A stretch of 64,000 bases of DNA from a bacterium (GTDB taxonomy: Bacteria > UBA8248), in NCBI GenBank assembly GCA_965207065.1, contig OZ242260.1, forward strand, positions 864,001 through 928,000, written 5' to 3'. A program made the position numbers and the translations under genes. The notes under the pieces are model-generated. The model worked only from the letters and a program-made list of their open reading frames with translations, made no database searches and had not been told where the DNA came from. Shown one piece after another: positions 30,481-40,712 of this stretch (positions are counted from its first letter, which is position 1; the number at the start of each line of letters is the position of its first letter).

Positions 30481-31617
30481 ATGAACGGCTACAGGAAACG
30501 TACGGACTCGATGAAAGCGCTCTGGCTGCTCGTCGCCGCTGCGCTCGCGCTGGCAGTGACCGGTTGCGGGGGCGGCGGCGCCCGGCCCGCCGCGTCCATC
30601 ACGCCGGCCGTTGCGCCGCCGCCAGCCGTTGTCCCACCGCCAGAGGAGACGCCGACGGTCGTTGCGCCACCACCAGAGGAGACGCCGAGGAGGGTTGCTA
30701 CACCACCGAGGGTTGTTCCGCCGCCGACCTTCTCATCCGTGAAGCCGCCGGCCTTCACGCCGAAGGCGGTCGACCCGGTGAAGGCCGCCATGGAGGCGGC
30801 CGCAATGAGCGTGGAGACTTCGTCCCCGGACAATCTTCCCTCCTCCGAGGGAAGCACGAGCAACATGAACACCTGGGGTTCTCCTGGCAGCCCGGACGTG
30901 GAGGTCAGGACGAGAAGGGGGCCGAGCAGATGGAAGTGGTACGGATGGAATTGCTGGGGGTGGTCGCCCGACGGACCGGTGTGGGGCCCTTGCGGCTTTG
31001 GAGTCACCATCCTCGACAAGTGGACGAGCTATCCGGCCGACGCCGGTGATGACGAAATGAAGGTCCACGTCCGGGCCAAAGAGACCCCGGATAAAGATAA
31101 ATCGTTATTGGTTCAATTGGATCGTAGTTGGGGCTTCGCAGCCGGCGGCGAGAACGATTTCTTCGCGACCGAGGCCCACCTCGAGGCGCCCGGGACCCCG
31201 GTGCAGCCGGCGGCCCAGGGGACGGAGACGAGCGCGACGTGGACGGGCAGGGTCATCGCCGTAGACTCCGCACCGCGAAAAATCCTCATCCGGGGGTTTG
31301 AGATCGGCGGCAAGGCCGAGCTTACCTTCAACTTCGCCGGCAGCACGCTGGACGTGAATCTTACGGAGCTCAGGACCCCCCGGGCAGTAGATATTAATAC
31401 GGGGCAGGCCGGCCCCTACCCCTCCCAGAGATGGAATGGCCTGGGCGTCAGCAACGGGAGTTTCTCGGATTCAAAGGGCAACCGCACGATATCGGGCACC
31501 TTCCGCCATCAGGACGCGTCGAACACGAGCACGAACGCGGATACGGTCGGCGGTGTGTTCAACGTGCAGGGAACGATGAAGGGCGGCTTCGTCGCCACTT
31601 TTTCCGGGACCGACTGA
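30481..31617 (+). CDS. Surface lipoprotein with Pro-rich linker and TbpB-like beta-barrel C-terminus
   Basis: Lipobox VTGC + GGGG; VAPPPEETP repeats; ATWTGRVIA...ISGTF...VGGVF...GGFVA pattern. Confidence 0.65.
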   Translation: MNGYRKRTDSMKALWLLVAAALALAVTGCGGGGARPAASITPAVAPPPAVVPPPEETPTVVAPPPEETPRRVATPPRVVPPPTFSSVKPPAFTPKAVDPVKAAMEAAAMSVETSSPDNLPSSEGSTSNMNTWGSPGSPDVEVRTRRGPSRWKWYGWNCWGWSPDGPVWGPCGFGVTILDKWTSYPADAGDDEMKVHVRAKETPDKDKSLLVQLDRSWGFAAGGENDFFATEAHLEAPGTPVQPAAQGTETSATWTGRVIAVDSAPRKILIRGFEIGGKAELTFNFAGSTLDVNLTELRTPRAVDINTGQAGPYPSQRWNGLGVSNGSFSDSKGNRTISGTFRHQDASNTSTNADTVGGVFNVQGTMKGGFVATFSGTD

Positions 31618-31955
31618 CCCCTCGACGCGATCGAGGCGAGGTCGGGACGGCGGTTGTCCGGGGCGCGGGAAAACAGCCCCCTGCGCCCCTTGAGGGGAAT
31701 ATACGATGAAAAAGTCCTCATACCGTGATTTCGCGAATGGAGTCGAAATCGAAAGAGGTCTGTAGGGACAACCCCCTGTGGTTGTCCCTTGCAGAACAGG
31801 ACATCGGACAGGCACGGAGGCCGGACAACCCGAGGAGGGTCATCCGGCTAAGGCCCCCGAACCCTCATCCCGAACAGGCGGCGCAGGTCAAACGCGACTG
31901 GGGAAGGAGCGTTTATATCGAGAGCCCGCCCTGAGCCTGTCGGAGGGGACGCCGT

Positions 31956-32305
31956 AAAACCAACCCCCCCTACCCCCCCTTGTCAGGGGGGTATAAAAAG
32001 GCGATGCGCCCCGCCCTTGTTGGGGGGATGCGCACCGTCGGGCAGAGGGGGTTTTGCTTTTTCTTGCCCCCCTGACAAGGGGGGGTAGGGGGGGTTGGTT
32101 TTACGGGGTTTCCCTCTCAAGGGGCTGTTGAAAAAGCCTTGGGAAACGATTTTGGTTGCGCGCTCGCTTTTGAATTTCACTCCCCCCTTGAGGGGGAGTG
32201 ATTCCCTTTTTCTCGTTGGTCGAGAATTTTACTCCTTGGGGGAGTGGTTCTTGCACTTTCATCGATCGCGCCGAACCCTCGTTCATCAGGACTTTTTCAA
32301 CACCC
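31956..32305. repeat. Second copy of the long-hairpin + MITE-like repeat
   Basis: Same arms as 29627-29820 in the same orientation; ggggctgttgaaaaagcc...gactttttcaacaccc. Confidence 0.7.
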
Positions 32306-32402
32306 ATCCGGATCGGGCTTCCATGACACTCCGAGCACAATGAATTACAATTCGTCCACACATCGAACCCAGCCAACAGAGACTTGATACTTCGGGGAGG
32401 AA

Positions 32403-33797
32403 ATGAAAATGCCTCAGACAGCCGATTATCTTGTAAGCGGGGGAACCGTCATCACGGTGGACGAGGAGCGCCGCATTATCCGGGACGGCGCCGTCGCCAT
32501 TCGGGGAGACCGGATCGCCGCCGTCGGAAAGGCGGAGGAGTTGAACCGGGAATTCACCGCCGGGCGCACGATTGACGCGAAGGGCAAGCTCATCATGCCC
32601 GGCTTCGTGAATTCCCACATGCATTTCTACCACACCATGCACCGGGGGCTGGCTCCGGAGAACCTCGGCGGCATGCTGTGGTCCGACTACGTACACAGGT
32701 ACATCGCCACGGTCCTCACGCCCGAGGACGAGATATACGGCGCGCTGACGATACTCCTGGAAACCCTCAAGGCGGGCACCACCACCTTTCTGGAGGCGGG
32801 CTCCTACAACCCGGCGGCGGTGATCGAGGGAATCTCGCGCATCGGCATGCGCGGACTGATGGGCAGGCGGTCCTTCGACCAGGAGTTTCTGGGGCACGGC
32901 ATGCTCCTGGAAGATACCGACACCTGCCTGAAGGAAAATCTCGCCTTCCTGGAAAAGTACAGGGACGGCTACAACGGCGGGTTGATCAAGGCGTGCGTGG
33001 ACGTCGTCGGGCTCGGCCGCTGTTCGGACAGGCTCTATATCGATTCGAAAAAGATGGCCGACGATTACGGGACCACCCTGAACCTGCACCTCGCGGCCAT
33101 GTTCGAGGAAGTGACGGCCACGCGCATGCTCAGTGGTCACCGTCCCGTCGAGCACATGTATCATCTGGACGTGCTCGGGCCGAATACGGTTCTCGTCCAC
33201 ATGGTTCATGTGAACGAGCGGGAGATCGACATGCTGGCCGAAACAGACGCGCAGGTGATTCACTGCCCCTCGACGGCGCTCAAGATTTCCTACGGCAACG
33301 CGGCGTTCGGAAGGTTTCCGGAGATGCTGGCCAAAGGGGTCAACGTCGGAATCGGAAGCGACGCCTCGGACTGCTCGAACTACGCCGACATGATCCGCGT
33401 CATCTACCTCGCCGGCGTGCTGCCCAAGGACTACCGCTACGACCCCGACGCCGGCTCCGCGGAGACGGCCATTGAAATGGCCACCATCAACGGAGCGCGC
33501 GCCATCGGAATGGACCATGAAATCGGCTCGCTCGAGACCGGTAAAAAGGCGGATGTGATCGTCATCACCATGAAGCGGCCCGAGTGGTACCCGCTCTACA
33601 GCGAGGTGCAGAACCTCGTGTATTCCGCTTCGGGCGATTCGGTGGAGACGGTGTTCATCGACGGGAAGATCGTCATGGAAGACCGCGAGGTGAAGACGGT
33701 GAATGAGGAGGAGATACTGGAAAGGTGCCAGGAATGCGCGGTCGGCATCCTCAAGCGAAGCGGCGTGGAAGTGCCGGGGAAGTGGCCCATCCTGTAG
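32403..33797 (+). CDS. Amidohydrolase (AtzA/TrzA/deaminase-like)
   Basis: PGFVNSHMH, LHLAA, HCPS, GIGSD and GSLETGKKAD. Confidence 0.9.
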   Translation: MKMPQTADYLVSGGTVITVDEERRIIRDGAVAIRGDRIAAVGKAEELNREFTAGRTIDAKGKLIMPGFVNSHMHFYHTMHRGLAPENLGGMLWSDYVHRYIATVLTPEDEIYGALTILLETLKAGTTTFLEAGSYNPAAVIEGISRIGMRGLMGRRSFDQEFLGHGMLLEDTDTCLKENLAFLEKYRDGYNGGLIKACVDVVGLGRCSDRLYIDSKKMADDYGTTLNLHLAAMFEEVTATRMLSGHRPVEHMYHLDVLGPNTVLVHMVHVNEREIDMLAETDAQVIHCPSTALKISYGNAAFGRFPEMLAKGVNVGIGSDASDCSNYADMIRVIYLAGVLPKDYRYDPDAGSAETAIEMATINGARAIGMDHEIGSLETGKKADVIVITMKRPEWYPLYSEVQNLVYSASGDSVETVFIDGKIVMEDREVKTVNEEEILERCQECAVGILKRSGVEVPGKWPIL

Positions 33798-34249
33798 CAA
33801 CACCGTTCGGTCCGGGGAGAAGCATCGGGAGCGGACCACGAAGCCGCCGGTCAATTTCCGGACGGCCCGCTCACCGAAGGAGAGGCGGCGATTCGCAAGC
33901 GGCCGACGCGCCTACTCAGAATGAGATGAAACCCGACCGGGGAGGGAGGGTTTGACGGCGCATGCGCCTCCTCGAATCCGGAGAGAGGATGGGCAAGAAT
34001 CGCGACGTGTGATGAAGCGCATTGCCACAAATCGAATTTCCGAAAAATTCGATTAATTATTACAATAAACCCGATGACCACGCAATAGTACGATTGACTC
34101 CGTTTGTCTACAATAAATGATTGTTTATAATACCATATTTCTGTTATTTTCCTTCTCGACCCCCTTGCGCTTTCGTCACACGTATGCTCTGATACCCTCC
34201 GGTATGAAGCCGATCGTATGCGTTTTGATTACATATTATTGGAGGCGGG

Positions 34250-35428
34250 ATGCCGAAGCGAAGCGATTTGAAACTCACCAAGCGCACCGTCGACGCGCTC
34301 GAGACCGGCGGGAAGGACGCGGTCTTCTGGGACCGGGAGCTGGCGGGCTTGGGTGTGCGCGTCCACACCACGGGAAGGAAGACCTGGGTGGTGCAGTCCC
34401 GGGGACCCGGGGGTCCCAAACGCGTGACGCTCGGCCGCCACGGGGAACTGACCGTCGACGAGGCCAGGAAACAGGCCGCCCTCATTATCGACCGCATCAA
34501 GCGGGGCGAGGAGCCTTTAGCCGAAGCGCCGGGGGCGGAGCCCACCGTGGCGGGACTCGCCGAGCGCTTCATGCGCACCCACGTGGAGAAACATTTAAAG
34601 CCCGCCAGTGTTGCCGCGTACCGCACGGTGCTCGACAAACACATCCTGCCGGCCCTGGGCGGTATGGGACTGGACGAAGTCGGCGGGGCGGAAGTCACGG
34701 CGCTCCATCACAGGCTCAGGGACACGCCCGCCCGGGCCAACGCGGCCGTCCACCTGCTCTCGCGGATGTACACCCTTGCCGAGGCCTGGGACTTGGTCCC
34801 GCCCGGGCGGAACCCCTGCCTCTCGGTGCGCCGCTACAGGACGCGGGCGCGCGAGCGGTTCCTGACGCCGGCAGAATACCGGCGCCTGGGCCGTGCGCTC
34901 AGGCAAGCCGAGGCGGAGGACGGGATATGGCCTCCCGCTATCGCGGCCATCCGGCTGCTCGTCCTGACCGGATGCCGCAGGGGCGAGATACTGAGCCTCG
35001 GGTGGGACGACGTGGACCGCACGGCGGGGGATCTGCGCTTGAGGGACGCCAAGGCGGGTCCCCGGATGGTTCCCCTGACGAGGCCGGTGCTCGGGATACT
35101 GGACGCCATTCCCCGTTCCGGGGAGAACCTCTGGGTAATTGCAGGACAAAGACCGGGAAAACGCCTGACGGGCCTGCACCACTACTGGCGGCCTATCCGG
35201 GAGCGGGCGGGGCTGGCAGACGTAAGGCTTCACGACCTCAGGCATTCCTACGCGTCGAGGGCGCTGGCGCTGGGCGAGAATTTATACACGATAGGCAAGC
35301 TGCTCGGCCACACGAGCGTGGCGACGAGCGCGCGCTACGCACACCTGATGCGAGACGCCGAGAGGGAGGCGGCGGTACGGGTGGGCGGGAGTATCGGGAT
35401 TCACATCACCAACGGGAGGGCCGGGTGA
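34250..35428 (+). CDS. Tyrosine integrase with arm-binding (DUF4102-like) domain
   Basis: FWDRELAGLGVRV, LTGCRRGE, HDLRHS and LLGH...ARYAH. Confidence 0.93.
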   Translation: MPKRSDLKLTKRTVDALETGGKDAVFWDRELAGLGVRVHTTGRKTWVVQSRGPGGPKRVTLGRHGELTVDEARKQAALIIDRIKRGEEPLAEAPGAEPTVAGLAERFMRTHVEKHLKPASVAAYRTVLDKHILPALGGMGLDEVGGAEVTALHHRLRDTPARANAAVHLLSRMYTLAEAWDLVPPGRNPCLSVRRYRTRARERFLTPAEYRRLGRALRQAEAEDGIWPPAIAAIRLLVLTGCRRGEILSLGWDDVDRTAGDLRLRDAKAGPRMVPLTRPVLGILDAIPRSGENLWVIAGQRPGKRLTGLHHYWRPIRERAGLADVRLHDLRHSYASRALALGENLYTIGKLLGHTSVATSARYAHLMRDAEREAAVRVGGSIGIHITNGRAG

Positions 35429-35430
35429 AG

Positions 35431-36600
35431 ATGGCGAAGACGAAATACGGGACGCTTTCCAACCGCGCGGTCGGGAAGCTCGAAGTGGAGAAGGACACCG
35501 TCTTCTGGGATAAGGAGCTCACCGGCTTCGGCGTGCGGGTCTATCCCACCGGCTCAAAAGTCTACATCGCGCAGGCGCGGGGTCCTGGAGGACCCAAGAG
35601 GGTGGCGGTGGGCCGCCACGGGGTGATCAACGCCGATGAGGCGAGGAAACGCGCCGCCCGCATCATCGCGCGGATCAAGGCGGGCGAGGAGGCTGTTCCA
35701 GAGCCGCTTATACGCAAGGCAGGCCCCACGGTGAATGAGGTGTGCGCGCGCTACCTCGCCGAATACGTCGCAGTACGCTGCAAGCCGGCCACCGCCGCGC
35801 TCTACCGCTCGGTGATCAACCGCCACGTCCTGCCGGCCCTGGGCAGGGCGCCGATCGCTGCGCTCTCGCGCGCGCAGGTGGCGGAACTCCACGAGAGCCT
35901 GTACGAGACGCCCGCGGTGGCGAACATGGCGCTCCGCACCCTCTCCTCGATGTACCGCCTGGCCGTGGGCTGGGGAATGGTTCCCGAGGGAACCTCGAAC
36001 CCCTGCAAGGCCCTGGTGAAATACCCCGAGCGCAGGCGCGAGCGGTTCTTGACGGATTCTGAGTTCACCCGCCTGGGACACGCGCTCGAGGAGACGGAGG
36101 CTGCGGGCGACGCCTCCGCGTCCGCGGTGGCGGCTATCCGGCTCCTGGCGCTGACCGGGTGCCGCAGGAGCGAGGTCCTCAAGCTGCGCCGCGAAGACGT
36201 GGCGCTCGAAGCGTGCGAGCTCAGGCTGCCCGATTCCAAGACGGGCGCGCGGGCGATCCCGCTGCCGCCGGAGGCGGTCGAGCTTCTCGCGGGTCTCCTT
36301 GGCGCCCACGACGGCCCCTGGGTCATTCCGGGCGGGAAGCCTGGGACGCACCTCGGGAACATCGACGAGGCCTGGCGGGCGATCAGGGAGTGCGCGGGCC
36401 TCGGGGACGTGCGGCTGCACGACCTGCGCCACTCCTGGGCCTCGCGGGCCCTCGCGCTCGGCGAGACGCTCCCCGTCATCGGGAAGCTCCTGGGCCACAG
36501 CAAGATGGAAACCACGGCGCGCTACGCGCACCTCGCGCGCGACTCGGCGCAGGAGGCGGCCGAGCGGGTCGCCGAGAACATCGCCGGGGACGTCCTGTAG
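35431..36600 (+). CDS. Second paralogous tyrosine integrase
   Basis: FWDKELTGFGVRV, LTGCRRSE, HDLRHS and LLGHSKMETTARYAH. Confidence 0.93.
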   Translation: MAKTKYGTLSNRAVGKLEVEKDTVFWDKELTGFGVRVYPTGSKVYIAQARGPGGPKRVAVGRHGVINADEARKRAARIIARIKAGEEAVPEPLIRKAGPTVNEVCARYLAEYVAVRCKPATAALYRSVINRHVLPALGRAPIAALSRAQVAELHESLYETPAVANMALRTLSSMYRLAVGWGMVPEGTSNPCKALVKYPERRRERFLTDSEFTRLGHALEETEAAGDASASAVAAIRLLALTGCRRSEVLKLRREDVALEACELRLPDSKTGARAIPLPPEAVELLAGLLGAHDGPWVIPGGKPGTHLGNIDEAWRAIRECAGLGDVRLHDLRHSWASRALALGETLPVIGKLLGHSKMETTARYAHLARDSAQEAAERVAENIAGDVL

Positions 36601-36732
36601 GGCCGCAGCAGGCGCGCGCCAGCCAGGTGGTTGCCCGCGCTCGGGGCCGGTGATAAGTTTCATTCCATTCAACAGGTTATACGAATCATTCATCGCATAT
36701 CCTTCATCCGGACGATGCGCGGGAGGAGTCCC

Positions 36733-37026
36733 TTGACGAAGATGGACATCATCAACCTCTTGTCCGACGACACGGGCCTCGACAAGGTCAAGGCCGAAGA
36801 AGCCATCGATGCGGTCATCGACGCCGTCAAGGAAACTCTCGCGAGGGGCGAGTCCGTCATATTGAGGCGCTTCGGCTCCTTTAGTGTGAGGGAGAAGAAC
36901 GCCCGGGTGGGGCGCAACCCGAAGACGGGCCTCGAAGCGCCCATCAGCGCCCGCAGGGTCGTAAGGTTCAAGGCGGGAAAACACTTCAAGGATGTGGTGA
37001 ACGGGGCCGAGGTGACATTTTATTGA
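36733..37026 (+). CDS. HU/IHF family DNA-bending protein
   Basis: RFGSFSV, RVGRNPKTG and VVRFKAGK; GGAGG before TTG. Confidence 0.9.
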   Translation: MTKMDIINLLSDDTGLDKVKAEEAIDAVIDAVKETLARGESVILRRFGSFSVREKNARVGRNPKTGLEAPISARRVVRFKAGKHFKDVVNGAEVTFY

Positions 37027-37056
37027 TTCGCAGGTTTCCGGCCGGCCGGGGCAGAC

Positions 37057-37172
37057 GTGCTGAGCCTGGCGCTGGTGATCGACGCGATGGACCTGATGCA
37101 CAAGGGCCGGCTCGACGGCTTCTGCCTCGTCTCGAGCGACAGCAACTTCACGCGCCTCGCGCAGCGCGTGCA
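37057..37172 (+). pseudogene. Internal fragment of a NYN-domain gene
   Basis: ALVIDAMDLMHKGRLDGFCLVSSDSNFTRLA; no N- or C-terminus. Confidence 0.7.
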
Positions 37173-37228
37173 ACAGGTTCCTCTACCTGGAGAGCCTGGG
37201 TTCCGGGCGCAACTCCCGTGCGATTTTC

Positions 37229-38700
37229 CTACAGTTCCATCCCTCGATCCGATCGTGTCCTCTCCATCACCGGCGTCCGCCGCTCGATTGCCTGCGTCGC
37301 CTCGTTCGGCTTCTCCGCCCCGATGCTCTTTGCCTTTTCCCCTCCTATCGCCTCGAGCGCCGCGATACGCTCCCCCGTCGCGGCCTCAAGCCGCTCGCAC
37401 AGCGCTCTTGCATCGTCCGTCACGAGTTCCGCCCGGTCCCGGGCGCGGCTGATCTCGACGTAGAGCGTCTTCTGGTTGGTGAGGTCGGGGTGGTTGGCCT
37501 CCATGGCGGCGATCACGGTATCGACCGTCCGGCCCTGGAAGGCGTGGACGGTCGAGGCCCAGGCGCGGTCGACGTGGCGAAGCTGGGGGTCGCCGCGGGT
37601 CATGCCGATCGTGCGCCCGTCCTCGACCCGGAAGGTGACGCGGCCGTTCATGACGCGCGTCACCTCGGCGGCCTGGCTGTTGACCAGGCCGCGGTCCTTG
37701 TCGTTCCGGGTCCAGCGGACCTTGTCGCCAATGCGCAGCTCCATGCGTTCGACCTTGTAGACCTCGACCCCGCCGCTTCTCGCCGCGAGACGGCGGGGCT
37801 CCCAGCGGACTTCCCCTCCACCCCTGCCTTGCAGAATGACCGCGCCGCCCTTGTGATCGACACCCGTAACGCGCAGTTCGTCCCCCTTCTCGACACCCAG
37901 GCGCTTGTAGGGGCGGTGGAAGGCGACGACGTCGCCGGGTGAATAGTTCGCGGCGAGCGATTTCTCGGGGTTGGTGTAGCCGCGCGAGACGAGGCGATTC
38001 GTGAGGAAGGCCGGGCCGCAGACGACGCCCTCCCGGACCAGGCGCTCGCGTACGATGGCGTTTATCTTCTCGCGGATCTTGTGGCTCGGCGCCATGAGCC
38101 CGGCGTTTGCGCGCGCCTCGGGCGGGAGCGCCAGCCATCGCGCGGCCGCGGCGCCCGCAAGGTTGTCGGCTTTCACTTCGGCCACGTTGGAACCCAGTTT
38201 CTCGAAGGCGCGCCTGACGTCGCCCGCGAGGGTGGCCTCGACAGCGGCTTTGAGATCGGGATCCCGCTGTCGCATGATCTCGTTCATGGTCGCCGTCTTC
38301 ATGCCGGCTCGTTGCAATTGCGCGAAGGGTTTGCCGGCGTCGACGGCGCCTAACTGTTTCGCGTCGCCCACCAGCACGACCCGGGGCAGGCGCAGGACCT
38401 CCGAGATGCGGAGCAGTTCGCGCACCTCGCGCGTGGAGGCGAGTGAGCCCTCGTCCACGACGAGGGCGGTCTTCGCGTAGCCCGCGCGCAAGTGTCTTTG
38501 GGCTTTCCTCGTGAGACGGTTCTGAGCGACGTCTGCGTATCGCGTAAGAAAACGCTGGAGCGTCTCGCTCCCGATCCCCGCCTCGGCTTCGAGCGTCCGC
38601 GCGGCCGATGCCGAGGGCGCGAGGCCCCGGATTTCGTAGCCGCGTTTCTCGAAAAGCGCGCGGGCGCGCTTCAGCATCTTCGTCTTGCCTGTGCCCGCAT
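37229..38700 (-). pseudogene. C-terminal helicase part of a TrwC/TraI (MOBF) relaxase
   Basis: AGTGKT, VVDEGSL, VGDAKQL, TVHAFQG and YVEISRAR motifs; cut by the RIT element. Confidence 0.9.
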
Positions 38701-38793
38701 TAATGCCGAGAAGTGGATAATGCCGAGTGATCTGCTAAATACGGCTTGTTTACAGGGTTTTTCGGCACATTCACTCGGCATTATATCTGGAGA

Positions 38794-39786
38794 TCACTTG
38801 CCACCGAGAAGTTCCGTCAAGCTGTCCCTGACACCGGGGAAGGTCCCCGGTCTAATGGACGGCGGCGTGCGGGTCTCCAGGATGCGCAGCTTTTCGGCCG
38901 GGCTCGCACGGACGTACATCTCGGTGGTCTTGAGGTGCGCATGACCGAGCCACAGGGAGACCTTTCGGATGTCGCCGGTGGCATGCAGGATCGCCATGGC
39001 CGCGGAATGACGCAGCACATGCGGGGTCACTCTCTTGGTCTTGATCGACGCGACGGTCTTGGCGGCCGTGGTGACATGCTTGTCGAGCAGGTATGCGAAG
39101 CCGTCCGTGCTCATCGCCCGTCCCCGTGCATTGAGGAACATGTATCGGTTGGTGACCGACGGCCTGGCGTCGAGCCACTGATTGAGGACGGTCCTCGTTT
39201 CCTTCCACATGGGCAGTTCCCGTTCGCGTCGTCCCTTGCCCAGGATGCGGATGGTCCCGAGTCGGGGGCCGGACACGCTGTCGAGCGTGAGCGTTGTCAG
39301 TTCCGACACCCTCAACCCGGCGGCATAGCACAGATGCAGCATCGCCCGGTCTCGCAGACCTGCCATCGTTCCAGTATCCGGGGCATCCAGGATCGCTTGC
39401 ATTTCGGTCCGATCGAGCCAGTCGATCAGCGGCTTGTCGGTGGTCTTTTGCGGTATGGCGCGTACCTGCAACGCGAGGTCGAGGCAGCTCGGCACACGGT
39501 ATTCCAGATAACGGAAGAACGACTTGATGGCGGCAAGGCGGACATTGCGTGTGCCCACACTGTTGTTGCGGTCCTTCTCCAGGGACTCGAGGAAGGCCGA
39601 CAGCAACGCCACCGTGAAGTGCTCGATCTTGAGCTTGCAGGGACGGGTCCGGATCCGTTGCGCCGTGTAGGCCACGAGCAGCCGGAAGCACTCGGTGTAG
39701 CCCTGCAAGGTGTGGCGGCTGCATTGCCGTACGTTGGGAAGGTACTCCCGCAGGAAGGCGGAGAGATGGGGGGCAAGATCGGTCAT
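38794..39786 (-). CDS. RIT recombinase C
   Basis: GLRVSE, GKGRRER, PHVLRHS and WLGH...TEMY. Confidence 0.9.
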   Translation of the reverse strand: MTDLAPHLSAFLREYLPNVRQCSRHTLQGYTECFRLLVAYTAQRIRTRPCKLKIEHFTVALLSAFLESLEKDRNNSVGTRNVRLAAIKSFFRYLEYRVPSCLDLALQVRAIPQKTTDKPLIDWLDRTEMQAILDAPDTGTMAGLRDRAMLHLCYAAGLRVSELTTLTLDSVSGPRLGTIRILGKGRRERELPMWKETRTVLNQWLDARPSVTNRYMFLNARGRAMSTDGFAYLLDKHVTTAAKTVASIKTKRVTPHVLRHSAAMAILHATGDIRKVSLWLGHAHLKTTEMYVRASPAEKLRILETRTPPSIRPGTFPGVRDSLTELLGGK

Positions 39787-40712
39787 CGGGCGCCTCCATT
39801 GGTGTGAGCCTGTTCCACCGCCTCGGCGATGCCGTGCAGCAGAACCGGGGTCGCCTCCAGATACCAGTAGGTACTGGTGACATGGACGTGGCCGAGATAG
39901 GTGGCCAGAGCCAGCATGTGCCGGCCCGCTCCGGCGCCGGGAGGCAGCATCTCCAGTGACCGGACGGCGAAGGAGTGTCGCAGCGAGTGCAGGGTCGGCC
40001 CCCGCCCCGCGCCAGGTCTGCGCAGGCCCGCTTGTTCGGCGAGTTTGCGGAAGACACCGCGCACATGGCTTTTGTCTGGACTTCGGCCGGTTGCGATCAC
40101 GAACAGGTGCCGGTCCGGCGTTGTCTCCCTGAGCCGTGCCTCAAGGTAGAGTTCGAGCGCTTCCCAGGTGGTCGGGTGCAGCGCGACCATCCTCGTCTTG
40201 CCGAACTTCGTATCCCGGATGACCAAGCCGTCAGGGGTGATGTCATCCAGCGTCAATGCAAGGGCTTCGCCGATGCGCAGGCCGGTCGCTGCAATGAGAC
40301 CGAACAGGCAGTGCCAGGTCAGCGGGGCGATGGTTTCGGCGGGTCCCACCGACAGGGCCGCGGTCAGCAGTTTGCCGATGTCCGGGACCGATATCAGGTA
40401 CGGCTTCGGCCTCCGCCGCGTCGAACGCCCCAGCGCATCACGAGGCGGCACCTCGTGGCGATCGTCCTCCGCGTGCAGCCAGAGGGCAAGGTCATGGAGC
40501 ACACGGAGCTTTTTGACTTGCACTTGCGCTGATGCCGCCTTCGATGCCGAGGCCCACTCAAGAGCGGTCCCGGAGCAGATGCGGGTCTCGTTGCGAGCCT
40601 CGGCGAACCGCGCAAAGCTGCGCAGCATCCGTTCGTTCTGTGTAAACCGGTAACCGAGCGACCGCTTGATCGCGACAAAGCGCGCGACATGATCGGTGAT
40701 CGTTGTGCTCAT
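39783..40712 (-). CDS. RIT recombinase B
   Basis: TGLRIGE, TKFGKTR, HSLRHSFAV and YLGH...TYWYL; 4-bp gene overlaps. Confidence 0.9.
   Translation of the reverse strand: MSTTITDHVARFVAIKRSLGYRFTQNERMLRSFARFAEARNETRICSGTALEWASASKAASAQVQVKKLRVLHDLALWLHAEDDRHEVPPRDALGRSTRRRPKPYLISVPDIGKLLTAALSVGPAETIAPLTWHCLFGLIAATGLRIGEALALTLDDITPDGLVIRDTKFGKTRMVALHPTTWEALELYLEARLRETTPDRHLFVIATGRSPDKSHVRGVFRKLAEQAGLRRPGAGRGPTLHSLRHSFAVRSLEMLPPGAGAGRHMLALATYLGHVHVTSTYWYLEATPVLLHGIAEAVEQAHTNGGAR

Noticed and set aside
19250-33854. Long antisense ORFs (e.g. 19250..20764, 20641..22014, 24465..25967, 32286..33854)
   Set aside because: Typical high-GC shadow frames opposite well-supported genes, with no recognisable motifs
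33798-34249. tRNA or att site at the island's left edge
   Set aside because: No tRNA cloverleaf or matching direct repeat found by eye
34117-35430. N-terminal half of the 827-aa ORF (apparent giant integrase)
   Set aside because: Shadow frame over integrase 1; integrase 2 starts at 35431
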